64,000 bases of DNA from a virus. The DNA is taken from positions 31,555 through 95,554 of the IMG/VR virus record IMGVR_UViG_3300005573_000072. The stretch is one strand, 5' to 3'. Under the pieces are notes generated by a model. That model did not search any database. It was not told where the DNA came from and worked only from the letters and a program-made list of their open reading frames with translations. Positions 1 through 10,072 of this stretch are shown piece by piece; the first letter of the stretch is position 1, and the number at the start of each line of letters is the position of its first letter. Both the position numbers and the translations under genes were made by a program.

Positions 1-3000
1 TTATTGCTTGAATCAATATAATCACGATAAAAAGACATTGAATATAGGGAATTGGAATCCACTAAAACTTTATTTGATACCATAACCACCGAAGAACCAC
101 TACTTCCATTCATTCTGAAAGTTAAATAATTACCACCCCAAAGATTAAATTGGGGTGAACTATGTTTTTCAATCCAATACCTATCAATTGAGCCCATAAC
201 AGACCAACCCCACAAATGGGGATTAATTAATGTACTTTTATCACCAGATACAGAATAATCAAATAACTCAAACGATCCATTTGTTAATAGATTATCAGAT
301 AATGTTACCTGATCTAATAAATCAATATTATTATTATCTGTCATAATATAAATAGTGCCTCGTTCAATGGTAATACCTTCAGCATTTATAATCGTCCTAG
401 AACCTCCGCTGTGGTTAACTACAATTCCCGTTGGATCAACAAAAACCGTACCTACATCATAGGTAGCCTTAAAATCTGTCGCTTGATTACCTTCTTCTAG
501 CTGAAATGCATCAAATCTAACTGTCGCACCAGAAGGTTGTGTAGTATTAGTTTGCCGGAATCTTATACGAATAGATTTTGTTTCTTCTTTTGGGATAAAA
601 GTATATATATGTCTATTATAAGAATTTGTTAATATGCCGAATGAAGAACAAACTGTATCTGTTCTGATTGGATTACTACCACTACTATATTCATTCAAAT
701 AAACATCTATTTTCGATCCTGATGTCCCAGCATAATAGAATGAAAATGTATATGGTATCTCTCCATTACTGATTATATCAATATAATCTGACCAAATTTC
801 TCCATTATAAGGAGATGTTCCACTTGCTACTAACTCAATATATCTTCTACCATATTTGGCAAAAGATGGGTTATCACCATAAACAAAAGTACCTACTGAA
901 CCACCTGATACTGACCAACATTCAGGATATTGATTTTCAAATAATGCATCTGGCACTTCAAAAGATGGATTTTTAACTCTGTTTATAAAATATCCTTTCC
1001 CAGCTACTTTCAACAAAGATAAATCAATAGTTCCTGTCTTTATATAGCCACCATCTATAACGGTTTCTCCTTCTTCTTCAGAAAAGAAACTATTCAACGA
1101 ACGAGCTGTACCAGAAGAACGAACATATATTTTTCCATCTTCGATTACAGTTCCACCATCACCAAAAACAGTAATATAACCTTTTTCAAATATAGCACCA
1201 TCACTTGTTAGCTTAAATCCACCACCTGTTTTATCATTATAAAGCTGTATACCTTTTGCAAGATTGATGATTCCTGCATCAATTTCATCTGCAACAAAGA
1301 ATGTTGATGCTTTTAATTCAGAAATATAATTTCCACTCGACCAAGCATAAGAACCACTCGGAAAATAGAACCGTAATTTTTTCACTTCTCGTTGATAAGG
1401 CCATTTAAAAGTAATCAATTGTGACCCACTCACAGGTAGCATGTTCGCATATGCTTCTTGTACAGAAGGACATTCATTTAAAAATTCTCCTCCGGCCAAA
1501 TAAACCCAATCTTCATCTTCGTCCTTTTTATAAGCCCAATACATATAATAATTTGTTCCACCAGAATATATATAAACCGAAGATTTATTAACTACATGTG
1601 TGACAGGAAATTCGATTTCAATAAATTGTTCTGTACTAGCACCACTACCAAAGTATGCGGGCAAATCATATTTCCCATCGTATAATCGTTTTATGTCATT
1701 TATTCCTAAACCATTTACATTTGTTTCTGCATATGAAGCACTGACCTTTAATTGGAAAATTTCTCCAGCTAATTCATCGGTGGTTATATAATCCGATGAT
1801 ACATAGGCAGAATCAGAAATATAACCACTTGGAGAATACTGATTAAATATGTCCTTGAACCTTAAACGATAATAATATTCTTTATCAGTCTCTAAACCTT
1901 CATGGACAAAGAAATTGTTTGTGATAGTAGCCAATAATTCAGGATTAGAAAAATCACCCGAAGTAGAATACCAAACCTCAACATCAGTAACATCTTTCAT
2001 TGTTATATCATTTCTTGCTCGATATATCTCTTCTGGTGAATCCCATTTTACAAATACTTTCTTAAAAGCTGGTATCACAATTGGCTTTGGAGGTTTATCA
2101 AAAGGAGAATTTTGACCTTCAAAAGGATATTTATTTCTCGCTGTCACCTCTGCAGGAGAAGCAGATTTCTGGCCTAATGCATCTACTGCATAAACCTTGA
2201 AATTAACTTGAGGAACCTTTGTTGTATTATTTTCATATAAATAAGAAAATCGATTGTTACTAACAAGATAAGAACCACTTGATGAACCGCTCGGAGTTAC
2301 AATAACTTCATACCCAACAATATCATAACAAATATTCTGTTGGCTATCTTTTGTGACAACATCCCACCAAATAAAAGCATCTTTCGTAGAAAAATCATAA
2401 TTTAGGTTTGTGACATTCGCTGGTGGGTAATTAGTAATTGTAGTTTCAGTATAATTTCCAGTTTGGTTTAATTTATCTAATGCCGTTACCTTCAATGTTA
2501 TTGTCGAAGCAGCACTTCCATTATCTTTAATATTATCACTCAAAGAATAAGTATAAGAAGTGCCTTTTGTAAGAAATTCACGTTTCTTATTTCCCCCAAT
2601 CCAAATTTCAACTTTATAACCATCTAAATCATAACATGTATTACCTTGGTTATCTGTTGTAACTGCGTTCCAGTTTGCGACCACATTTTCGGATTTAAAA
2701 TCTGCCGTTAATCCTGTAACTTGTGCCGGAGGATAATTTGTGGCAACTAATTCTTGATATCCTCCAAGTTGATTCAATGTATCAATTGCTCTTACTCTAA
2801 TCGTTACTTGACTAGCCGGTGTAGTATTATCTTTTATATTATCGTTCAAAGTATAAGTATATGACGTATCTTTTACTATCGCTTCCCTTTTCTTATTTCC
2901 GCCTACATATACTTCAACTTTATACCCAGCTATATCATAAACAGTATTATTCTGTGTATCTTTTGTTACTGCAGTCCATGTAGCCAGTAAATCCTCTGAT

Positions 3001-4511
3001 TTAAAATTCAAAGCTAAGTCTGTTACAGTAGCAGGTGCATAATTAGTTAAAGTTACAGTACTTGCTGGGCTTTCCAAACCCTCCGCATCTCTTGCATATA
3101 CTTTTATTTTAACTATATTTATAGGAGTTGTATTATCCGCAATATTTTTTTCTAATGTATAAACATATGAAGTAGAATTTACATATTCCGTTCTCTTTAA
3201 CTGATCTGAAGAATTATAAACTTCAACTTTATAATCTTTTGCATCAACCAAAAGAGTTCCCACATATGACTGAACTTTAGACCAAAATACTTCAGCATTT
3301 TCAGAATTGAAATTACTTTTTGAAGTATTAATTGTAGGTGCTGGGGGTTGTTGATTATAAGGCGTGGTGATATATGCGGACTCTACCCCCGAACTTGCAT
3401 TACCAACTTCATCCACAGCTTTGACCATTACTCTATATGTAGTATTTTTATTTAAATTATTTAACCTGTAAGTAAGAGTAGTCCCAGAAGGTTTATAGGA
3501 ATCTAAAACAAATGCACCATAATATTTATAATCCTGCCCACTAACTTTATAAAATATATCATAATGATCAAAATCTGTGTTTTCCCATAGATAATTATCC
3601 TCGTCATATGCTGTTGTGTCTATATGATTAAATTGAGCATCGATGTAAAAATTGAATCCGTTTAATTGTACAGATACACCTGATGATACAATTAAATTCA
3701 AAGGATTTAAAGGAGGAATACTATCTAACGATTCGGGGGGTAACTCAATAATAGTTGAACCAGGAATTTCTAATGATTTTCCCCAAAAGCTCAACCCAGA
3801 CCAAAAAACATAAGTATTAGGTGTATGAGATTGCATCATAAATTTAACACGAACAAAAGTTGCATTCTGTGGAGCACGGTTTATCAAAGAAAGATTAACC
3901 CAGCCATCTTTGGGGGAAATTACTTTCTTTTCACTCTCGTTGTATTCTGTAACCAATTTATTGCCATTTCTATCATACCATTCACCACTTAACCAAACTG
4001 CCATTGTTGCACTTTCATCATCTTCATTTAAAATTTTTACCCAGCATCCATGACGATATAATTCTCCGCTTATTACAGAAATGTAATTTATATCTTGGTA
4101 TATCTCTGCATCCCAAAATTGATAGGGTAATCCTTTTATAGAATAGGGGCCTATTTTCGCATCTGTATTAAGTTCAACATCACCAATATTTGCATATTTC
4201 CAATATTTTAAGTTACCTAGAGAAAAGTTGCCATTTCGAAGTAACTCGTTCCCGCCTATTTCCGGAATCGTTTCTGGAGGAATCGAGGAACTTCCATCAG
4301 GATTAACAATAATCGAATCTCCAGGCAAAACTGGACCAGTACTAGGCATAGGAAGAATATTATAACTACCGTCTGATAAAACAACTGTCACGGTATTATT
4401 ACTATTATCCACCGAAATTACATAGCCGGATTTTCTCTCTTTTTCCTTTTCTTGTTCGATTAATTTCTTAATTACATTAATTAAAGCCTTAACTTCCCTG
4501 CGTTCGTTCAT
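1..4511 (-). CDS. Large tail tip/central fibre protein with FN3-like repeats and carbohydrate-binding-like domains (partial, >1500 aa, runs off the window)
   Basis: Absent from the ORF track, presumably because no stop lies in the window. Manual translation gives ATG at 4511 after a GAAGGAGG RBS (MNERREVKALINVIKK...), and the same frame is open at position 1. It contains ~103-aa NYPPA.VT.L repeats and several 'L.NG.F/NPSFE' CBM-like starts. Confidence 0.85.
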   Translation of the reverse strand, partial: MNERREVKALINVIKKLIEQEKEKERKSGYVISVDNSNNTVTVVLSDGSYNILPMPSTGPVLPGDSIIVNPDGSSSIPPETIPEIGGNELLRNGNFSLGNLKYWKYANIGDVELNTDAKIGPYSIKGLPYQFWDAEIYQDINYISVISGELYRHGCWVKILNEDDESATMAVWLSGEWYDRNGNKLVTEYNESEKKVISPKDGWVNLSLINRAPQNATFVRVKFMMQSHTPNTYVFWSGLSFWGKSLEIPGSTIIELPPESLDSIPPLNPLNLIVSSGVSVQLNGFNFYIDAQFNHIDTTAYDEDNYLWENTDFDHYDIFYKVSGQDYKYYGAFVLDSYKPSGTTLTYRLNNLNKNTTYRVMVKAVDEVGNASSGVESAYITTPYNQQPPAPTINTSKSNFNSENAEVFWSKVQSYVGTLLVDAKDYKVEVYNSSDQLKRTEYVNSTSYVYTLEKNIADNTTPINIVKIKVYARDAEGLESPASTVTLTNYAPATVTDLALNFKSEDLLATWTAVTKDTQNNTVYDIAGYKVEVYVGGNKKREAIVKDTSYTYTLNDNIKDNTTPASQVTIRVRAIDTLNQLGGYQELVATNYPPAQVTGLTADFKSENVVANWNAVTTDNQGNTCYDLDGYKVEIWIGGNKKREFLTKGTSYTYSLSDNIKDNGSAASTITLKVTALDKLNQTGNYTETTITNYPPANVTNLNYDFSTKDAFIWWDVVTKDSQQNICYDIVGYEVIVTPSGSSSGSYLVSNNRFSYLYENNTTKVPQVNFKVYAVDALGQKSASPAEVTARNKYPFEGQNSPFDKPPKPIVIPAFKKVFVKWDSPEEIYRARNDITMKDVTDVEVWYSTSGDFSNPELLATITNNFFVHEGLETDKEYYYRLRFKDIFNQYSPSGYISDSAYVSSDYITTDELAGEIFQLKVSASYAETNVNGLGINDIKRLYDGKYDLPAYFGSGASTEQFIEIEFPVTHVVNKSSVYIYSGGTNYYMYWAYKKDEDEDWVYLAGGEFLNECPSVQEAYANMLPVSGSQLITFKWPYQREVKKLRFYFPSGSYAWSSGNYISELKASTFFVADEIDAGIINLAKGIQLYNDKTGGGFKLTSDGAIFEKGYITVFGDGGTVIEDGKIYVRSSGTARSLNSFFSEEEGETVIDGGYIKTGTIDLSLLKVAGKGYFINRVKNPSFEVPDALFENQYPECWSVSGGSVGTFVYGDNPSFAKYGRRYIELVASGTSPYNGEIWSDYIDIISNGEIPYTFSFYYAGTSGSKIDVYLNEYSSGSNPIRTDTVCSSFGILTNSYNRHIYTFIPKEETKSIRIRFRQTNTTQPSGATVRFDAFQLEEGNQATDFKATYDVGTVFVDPTGIVVNHSGGSRTIINAEGITIERGTIYIMTDNNNIDLLDQVTLSDNLLTNGSFELFDYSVSGDKSTLINPHLWGWSVMGSIDRYWIEKHSSPQFNLWGGNYLTFRMNGSSGSSVVMVSNKVLVDSNSLYSMSFYRDYIDSSN
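2100..3370 (-). repeat. About 4 tandem ~309-bp (103-aa) FN3-like coding repeats
   Basis: Repeat starts NYPPANVTNL (~2430), NYPPAQVTGL (~2740), NYAPATVTDL (~3045) and NQQPPAPTI (~3355), each followed by W..V...GYKVE-like segments. Confidence 0.7.
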
Positions 4512-7500
4512 TTAACAACATCCCTCCTTCATACATTGAGGCCAAAAATTGCCGCTCCGCTTTTGCTCTACTATCTAAATTAAGCGAAATTGAAACTGAA
4601 GGATCTTCTGTGCTATAAGATATATTTATAGCATTCACAAAGTAATAATCATCAATTTTCCCTATTGTATCTATAATTCTGAGTGTTGTAGTTGGTTCAA
4701 TTTCATAGAAAGGGTAACTTAATTCAAGAGATGCAACCTCTGCACCTTCTATTTCATTGTAATATTCTCTATAAGCTGTTAATTCAGCATCTCTAACTAC
4801 TTCAACGGAACTTTCTTCTACAAGTTTATATCTAACACCAAATCTTGTCAAACAATCAACATCAACAACTTCTCTTTTTATTCTCTGATCCTTCATCTCA
4901 GCATATACTTCTACCCAATTTACATATTCCATAGGATCATAAGAACGAGTAAAAGATGAAAATGCAGAGTTACTTATTGTTAATGCATTACCTTCGAATA
5001 TGTTAGGTTCCCACACGAAATTACCATTTCTATCAAAATACCAACGCATATTAAATCTTTTGGCCATTTGATTTAAGAATTCCAACGCAGATTTACCTTG
5101 TTCCCAAATTACAAAACCTATTAATGGATTTCTATAACCAGATTCAATGATATTTACATTAAATACTCCTTGGCTAGCCTTATACAATACATCTTTTACG
5201 ATATCAATATCTGTCTTTTCATATTCATTCATATCTGTCCTCAAAACCCTCGGGTTAGCAATTCTACACATTGCAGAAGCTATAAATTTCAACAAATATG
5301 ATTTATAAACTTTGCTAATTCTACCTACCCCAGTATTATAAATTACACACCCATTCTTTAAAATAATTCCACGAATTGTTTTAGCAATCATATCCAAATC
5401 GAAAGCAATTGTATACCATGTATTTAAATCAAGATTCACATATTTAGCGTTTATCTTCTCCGAACCATCATAAAGTTGTATCTTTGAACCATCATATTCA
5501 ACCCCCACATCATTTATTCCTAGAGAAAAATATCCATTATTTATTAGTTTCATATCCAGCAAAACCCTTACTCTTGGATAAGCGGCGAAATTTTTTGATT
5601 TTATAATACTGGAAGAATTAACTCGGTGCTCTGCAATCCCTTCATTTGGATAAACCTTAAAATTATTCAAATCACCAATCCATAATGTAGAACTAAGGCT
5701 CGAAGGAATCACTAATTGTCTCTGATCTAACATAACTGAATAATTATCTCGAAAATTATCCACAAATAACTGTATGGGAGATGCATATAAATATACTTCA
5801 GGTGCATTAAACTTATTCAATTGATAACCTAACCCATACACATTTATATTGAATATATTTTCCTCGCTAGTTAATGAATCTTCCGTCGCCCCGATTATTC
5901 CAACAAATACATTATCATATTTAGGTGTATCACCGGGTAAAAATCTTGCCATCTTAGCTTTCACTAAACGGGGTTTCCTATCGAACCAACTTCTTGGAAT
6001 TGTCCAATAAAGAGCATCAGAAGGATTTCTTAAATCACTTCTATCCGTCAAAGCCATGATAGTTAGAGACATTCTATCAGCACTCGATTCAAGATTTCTA
6101 TCAAAATTAAATGAGGTTACAATATCACTTATATCAACAACTGTAGAAGAATCCAATAATTCACGTCGATAAACATAAGACTGACCTTTCTTCGCAAGAA
6201 AGGCAATAATAGTATCTTTACAAGGAATCCATTTCAATACCATTTCATCGCTTGACGGAAGCAATAAAGCTGAACTAACGTGCTCAGGATGATAAGTCAT
6301 TAAATATTTACAGTCTAATTTATAATTATCCGATTTTGTAACTAAATTATGTGTTATATAACAACGATTATATAAATCTCTGTCAATTGCAATATTTTGG
6401 AAATATGTCTGGCCATTAACAGATGGCAACCGCATCAATTCCTTAGATTCCCAACTATCAGGAGCAAGAGATAGAGAACTATTAAGAGTAAATAGCATCA
6501 ATCTCAAAATATTATCAGCCGTTAGTCTTTGTGCTAAAGCCCGTAAAGCCCCATCATGCTCAAAAAATGTTATTTTAGCCGGTGCTGTTGTCAATGCTTC
6601 TGTCCAAAATATATATTGTTTGCTTGCTGTTTCTGAATTCCAATCTGTCGGATTACCAGACCAATTCAACCTGCAGTGCATGTTTGCACTTCTCCCGCAT
6701 TCTTTAAAATAAATTCTAATATTAGATATTTTAATATAAGCACTTTCACCAGGCGATGGATTACCCCCACCATTATAATAAAGCCTAAATGAAAAACCTT
6801 TTACCTCACCATTAAAGTATACATCTTTATCTTTAACATTTCGACTCTGTGAATCCATAAAAACAGTAGCCTGTTCATCATTACATATTCTAAATTGCCA
6901 CCCAGAAGGCAAATTGGTTTCATAATCAAAAACAATAGCTCTGATAGTACTATCTTTCTCCAAAGCTCTCCATCGCATTTGAGCTTCCCAACCAGTTTGG
7001 TATGTAATTCCGCTTTTTGTTCTTATTAAACAATATTCGGGTTTATTAACATAAAACCAATTATTAAAAACTCCCTGCTGAATATCATCTCCACCTTCCC
7101 AGAATTGCATATCAATTCCTAACAATTGGCGGAAAGGAGCCTGAAATGCAATAGCCATTAATTCATGATATTTAGTTTTTGATGTATTTATAAACAACCC
7201 TCTTGCTTTTGCATCTGGTATTGATGCCTGAAATTCCCATTTATTCGGTAAAATAGAGCCATTAGATAATTTCACATATAATCTATTCCAACCAGCATAT
7301 AGTTGCAAATTAACCGAGAATTCATTCACACTTAAAGGTCTTGTGTCTCGCTTTTCAGCAATTAATCTACCAGTAAAACTATTTTCACCCTCCCTTAGAA
7401 GATAAATTTTAACTCCATCATCACAACCAAAATTCATTGTAATATTCATATCATCAGGTGAATAAATATATGTGCATAACCAAGCAACACAATTCAGAGG

Positions 7501-9687
7501 ACTTTGGCTACCCCACAAATCCATCATATCAATTTTATAAGGATTGGGGCTAAAATATTTCACCCAAGTTTTACCATTTTCAACTAAACCAACAACAGGC
7601 TCATTAGCTGGATTAACTTGATCTGTTGAATCTAGCGCAGCATTTGCATTTGAATAACCGTCCCAATAACCAATAATTAACCAATCTTGAATATTTTCAT
7701 AGAAGACGTTTTCTCTAAAATCACAAACAAATGCATCACCAAATATGATACTTGAATACTTATCCCATATAGATTTATCCGATGCGATAAAATACCATAT
7801 CCAATAATCATATAAGCTTGTGCTAATATCTTTGTTTCTTGCTGAAACAATTATATTATTTATAATTATCTGTGGTAATGAAATATAAAATTCACCTGCC
7901 GACCAATTATTCTGTGCACATTGTAACTGAATTCCCCAACTAACATAATTATCATCCATTAATGATTTTTCTATAGTAGTCCCTGTATAATAATCAGTAT
8001 CTGAATCATTGCCTTGATAATCCCAATATTGACGAGAACCATTCTCTTTAACCGCAAAAACCCTAAATCTCCAAGAAGAAGGTAAACAAGAATAAGAGAT
8101 ATCAAATTTTATGGAATTGAGATAAACATTAATTGGAAATGCGCTATTAGAATTAAATAACCATTCAACTTGCCAGCCATTATTATAAACAATATTACTT
8201 TTTGCACTTAATTGTAATGCATCCTTGCGACGATTCGTTCCCCGTATTTTCTGATAATACCAATTATTCAGATTTTCCTGTGTTACAGGGGCGTCAGCAA
8301 TATTAATCCGATATGCATTCACATTCGTCAAACCAATAAAATCATCAAGTGTATTATGATAGAGAGAAGTAAAATTAATCTTCACCTCATATTTATCGCT
8401 TACATCCGTCCTAAAAACTTCTAAATTCATAGAGGGAGAAGTTATTGTTTTCTCAAACTTCCATTGTGTTTCACCATATTTCCTGCTATATATATCAAGC
8501 GTTAATAGTTCATTTGTGTCAGAACCTCCCCATCCATGAACTAAAGTAAGAGAAGATCCTTCAAATGAAACCACAGCTGAACGCAGACTAGTATCCATTA
8601 AATTAATTTGCCATACTCTATAATCAGTCGTTATATCACCCTCTGGTTTTATTCCTTCCCAATTACCCGAAAATACTATATTACCGAATAATCCCGCATT
8701 TTCATGATCAACATCATAATAAGCGGTTTTAGTTCCAGAAGGCGTATGATAAATATAATATTTATTTTCTAATGAAACAGTGATTGAACCATCAAATAAA
8801 GTCGTTCTAGTCCAATTAGTTGACCAAGGATCCGGAGATGTAGCAATCTTTAATTCCTTACCTTTTTTGTCCATATAAGTTACCCAATATACAGGCCCAT
8901 TTTTACCATTCGCTAAATAATTTATCCTGAATGGCTGATTTGCATCATAACCTAATCCCCCAGTAACCTCAAGAGAGGCTTGGTCACTGATTAAAGAATT
9001 GGTTGTTGGATTATATTTATATAAATAAATTCCATAAGTATAAGCATTATCTATAATTTTGCCAACACCGAGAATTACCAAATTTTCATTGATTCTACAA
9101 GCATCAAACACATAAGAATTATTAACATTCATTGGATTACCGGAAAAATTAACTTTGGTATCAAGCATAGATATATTAGACCAATAACGATTTTTCGTTT
9201 CGATATATAATTTTGCATCCATATTAATAACTGCATTATCTGTTACTTCAATCAAATTATCTGGCAAGTCATAACCAGAAGTCACAAAGAAATTAAACTC
9301 AAAACTATATAAAACAATTTTAATATTGCTAGTATCGCGGCTAAAATTAAACTTCACTTCTACATAACGAGCTACAGGAAGATCTGTTAAAGAAGATGTT
9401 GAAGAAGACCAATTATTTTTATCTTCAGATGACCTGAATTCAACTGAAATATTTCCATTTCCGTTTTTATAGCAACCAATTACATAATCCTTATAATCAG
9501 AAATTGAATCACCTAAATCAATAATTATTTTAAAATAACCTGTTAAATTGCTTCCGTCAAGATTTATTCCCAAATATGGGTGTTCATGAACATAAATAAG
9601 ATTCTCTGATATAATTCTATTAGACCATAAATTTTCGTATTCTAATTTTCTTTGAGATTCACTGAAATAAAGTGCCATATACACCAC
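4489..9687 (-). CDS. Baseplate hub/Tal-like tail protein with a long N-terminal extension (PA14-like and lectin-like domains)
   Basis: 1732 aa, located after the Dit-like gene. The C-terminal ~550 aa are hub-like (DISDIVTSFNFDR, WYFDRNGNFVW). A PA14-like FGCDDGVKIY...GWNRLYVKL segment is present. Confidence 0.7.
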   Translation of the reverse strand: MVYMALYFSESQRKLEYENLWSNRIISENLIYVHEHPYLGINLDGSNLTGYFKIIIDLGDSISDYKDYVIGCYKNGNGNISVEFRSSEDKNNWSSSTSSLTDLPVARYVEVKFNFSRDTSNIKIVLYSFEFNFFVTSGYDLPDNLIEVTDNAVINMDAKLYIETKNRYWSNISMLDTKVNFSGNPMNVNNSYVFDACRINENLVILGVGKIIDNAYTYGIYLYKYNPTTNSLISDQASLEVTGGLGYDANQPFRINYLANGKNGPVYWVTYMDKKGKELKIATSPDPWSTNWTRTTLFDGSITVSLENKYYIYHTPSGTKTAYYDVDHENAGLFGNIVFSGNWEGIKPEGDITTDYRVWQINLMDTSLRSAVVSFEGSSLTLVHGWGGSDTNELLTLDIYSRKYGETQWKFEKTITSPSMNLEVFRTDVSDKYEVKINFTSLYHNTLDDFIGLTNVNAYRINIADAPVTQENLNNWYYQKIRGTNRRKDALQLSAKSNIVYNNGWQVEWLFNSNSAFPINVYLNSIKFDISYSCLPSSWRFRVFAVKENGSRQYWDYQGNDSDTDYYTGTTIEKSLMDDNYVSWGIQLQCAQNNWSAGEFYISLPQIIINNIIVSARNKDISTSLYDYWIWYFIASDKSIWDKYSSIIFGDAFVCDFRENVFYENIQDWLIIGYWDGYSNANAALDSTDQVNPANEPVVGLVENGKTWVKYFSPNPYKIDMMDLWGSQSPLNCVAWLCTYIYSPDDMNITMNFGCDDGVKIYLLREGENSFTGRLIAEKRDTRPLSVNEFSVNLQLYAGWNRLYVKLSNGSILPNKWEFQASIPDAKARGLFINTSKTKYHELMAIAFQAPFRQLLGIDMQFWEGGDDIQQGVFNNWFYVNKPEYCLIRTKSGITYQTGWEAQMRWRALEKDSTIRAIVFDYETNLPSGWQFRICNDEQATVFMDSQSRNVKDKDVYFNGEVKGFSFRLYYNGGGNPSPGESAYIKISNIRIYFKECGRSANMHCRLNWSGNPTDWNSETASKQYIFWTEALTTAPAKITFFEHDGALRALAQRLTADNILRLMLFTLNSSLSLAPDSWESKELMRLPSVNGQTYFQNIAIDRDLYNRCYITHNLVTKSDNYKLDCKYLMTYHPEHVSSALLLPSSDEMVLKWIPCKDTIIAFLAKKGQSYVYRRELLDSSTVVDISDIVTSFNFDRNLESSADRMSLTIMALTDRSDLRNPSDALYWTIPRSWFDRKPRLVKAKMARFLPGDTPKYDNVFVGIIGATEDSLTSEENIFNINVYGLGYQLNKFNAPEVYLYASPIQLFVDNFRDNYSVMLDQRQLVIPSSLSSTLWIGDLNNFKVYPNEGIAEHRVNSSSIIKSKNFAAYPRVRVLLDMKLINNGYFSLGINDVGVEYDGSKIQLYDGSEKINAKYVNLDLNTWYTIAFDLDMIAKTIRGIILKNGCVIYNTGVGRISKVYKSYLLKFIASAMCRIANPRVLRTDMNEYEKTDIDIVKDVLYKASQGVFNVNIIESGYRNPLIGFVIWEQGKSALEFLNQMAKRFNMRWYFDRNGNFVWEPNIFEGNALTISNSAFSSFTRSYDPMEYVNWVEVYAEMKDQRIKREVVDVDCLTRFGVRYKLVEESSVEVVRDAELTAYREYYNEIEGAEVASLELSYPFYEIEPTTTLRIIDTIGKIDDYYFVNAINISYSTEDPSVSISLNLDSRAKAERQFLASMYEGGMLLNERTQGS

Positions 9688-9688
9688 C

Positions 9689-10072
9689 TTATTCTAATTT
9701 TCCAACACCAGTAAATATTATACTTCCTTCATATTCGCTTGGAACTGTTGCTACTATTTCACTAAATTCAAAACTTGTTATTCGCCCTATTAAAACTTCT
9801 CCATTGTGATCTTGCAAAGCAAACCTATGGCCAGAATAATACCTATCACGAAGCTCTAAATAAAAACTACGAGAAATTCTAGGCCAACGCATTATTCTTT
9901 TTTCTTTCGCAAAAGGAAATTTTATAACAATCCTTGAACCATCAGATGCCTTAACTTCTTGGAATGGTTTATCTTCCTCGATTGAATATTCTTCAGGATT
10001 TATCTCAAACGTCAATTGTGGAAAAGGATTATTATCTTCAACATCTGCCAATTTAAATCTCCAATCAGACAT
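9689..10072 (-). CDS. Putative distal tail (Dit-like) protein
   Basis: 127 aa with a 'LTFEINPEEYSI' motif typical of Dit/tube-initiator folds. It lies just upstream of the hub gene. Confidence 0.55.
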   Translation of the reverse strand: MSDWRFKLADVEDNNPFPQLTFEINPEEYSIEEDKPFQEVKASDGSRIVIKFPFAKEKRIMRWPRISRSFYLELRDRYYSGHRFALQDHNGEVLIGRITSFEFSEIVATVPSEYEGSIIFTGVGKLE

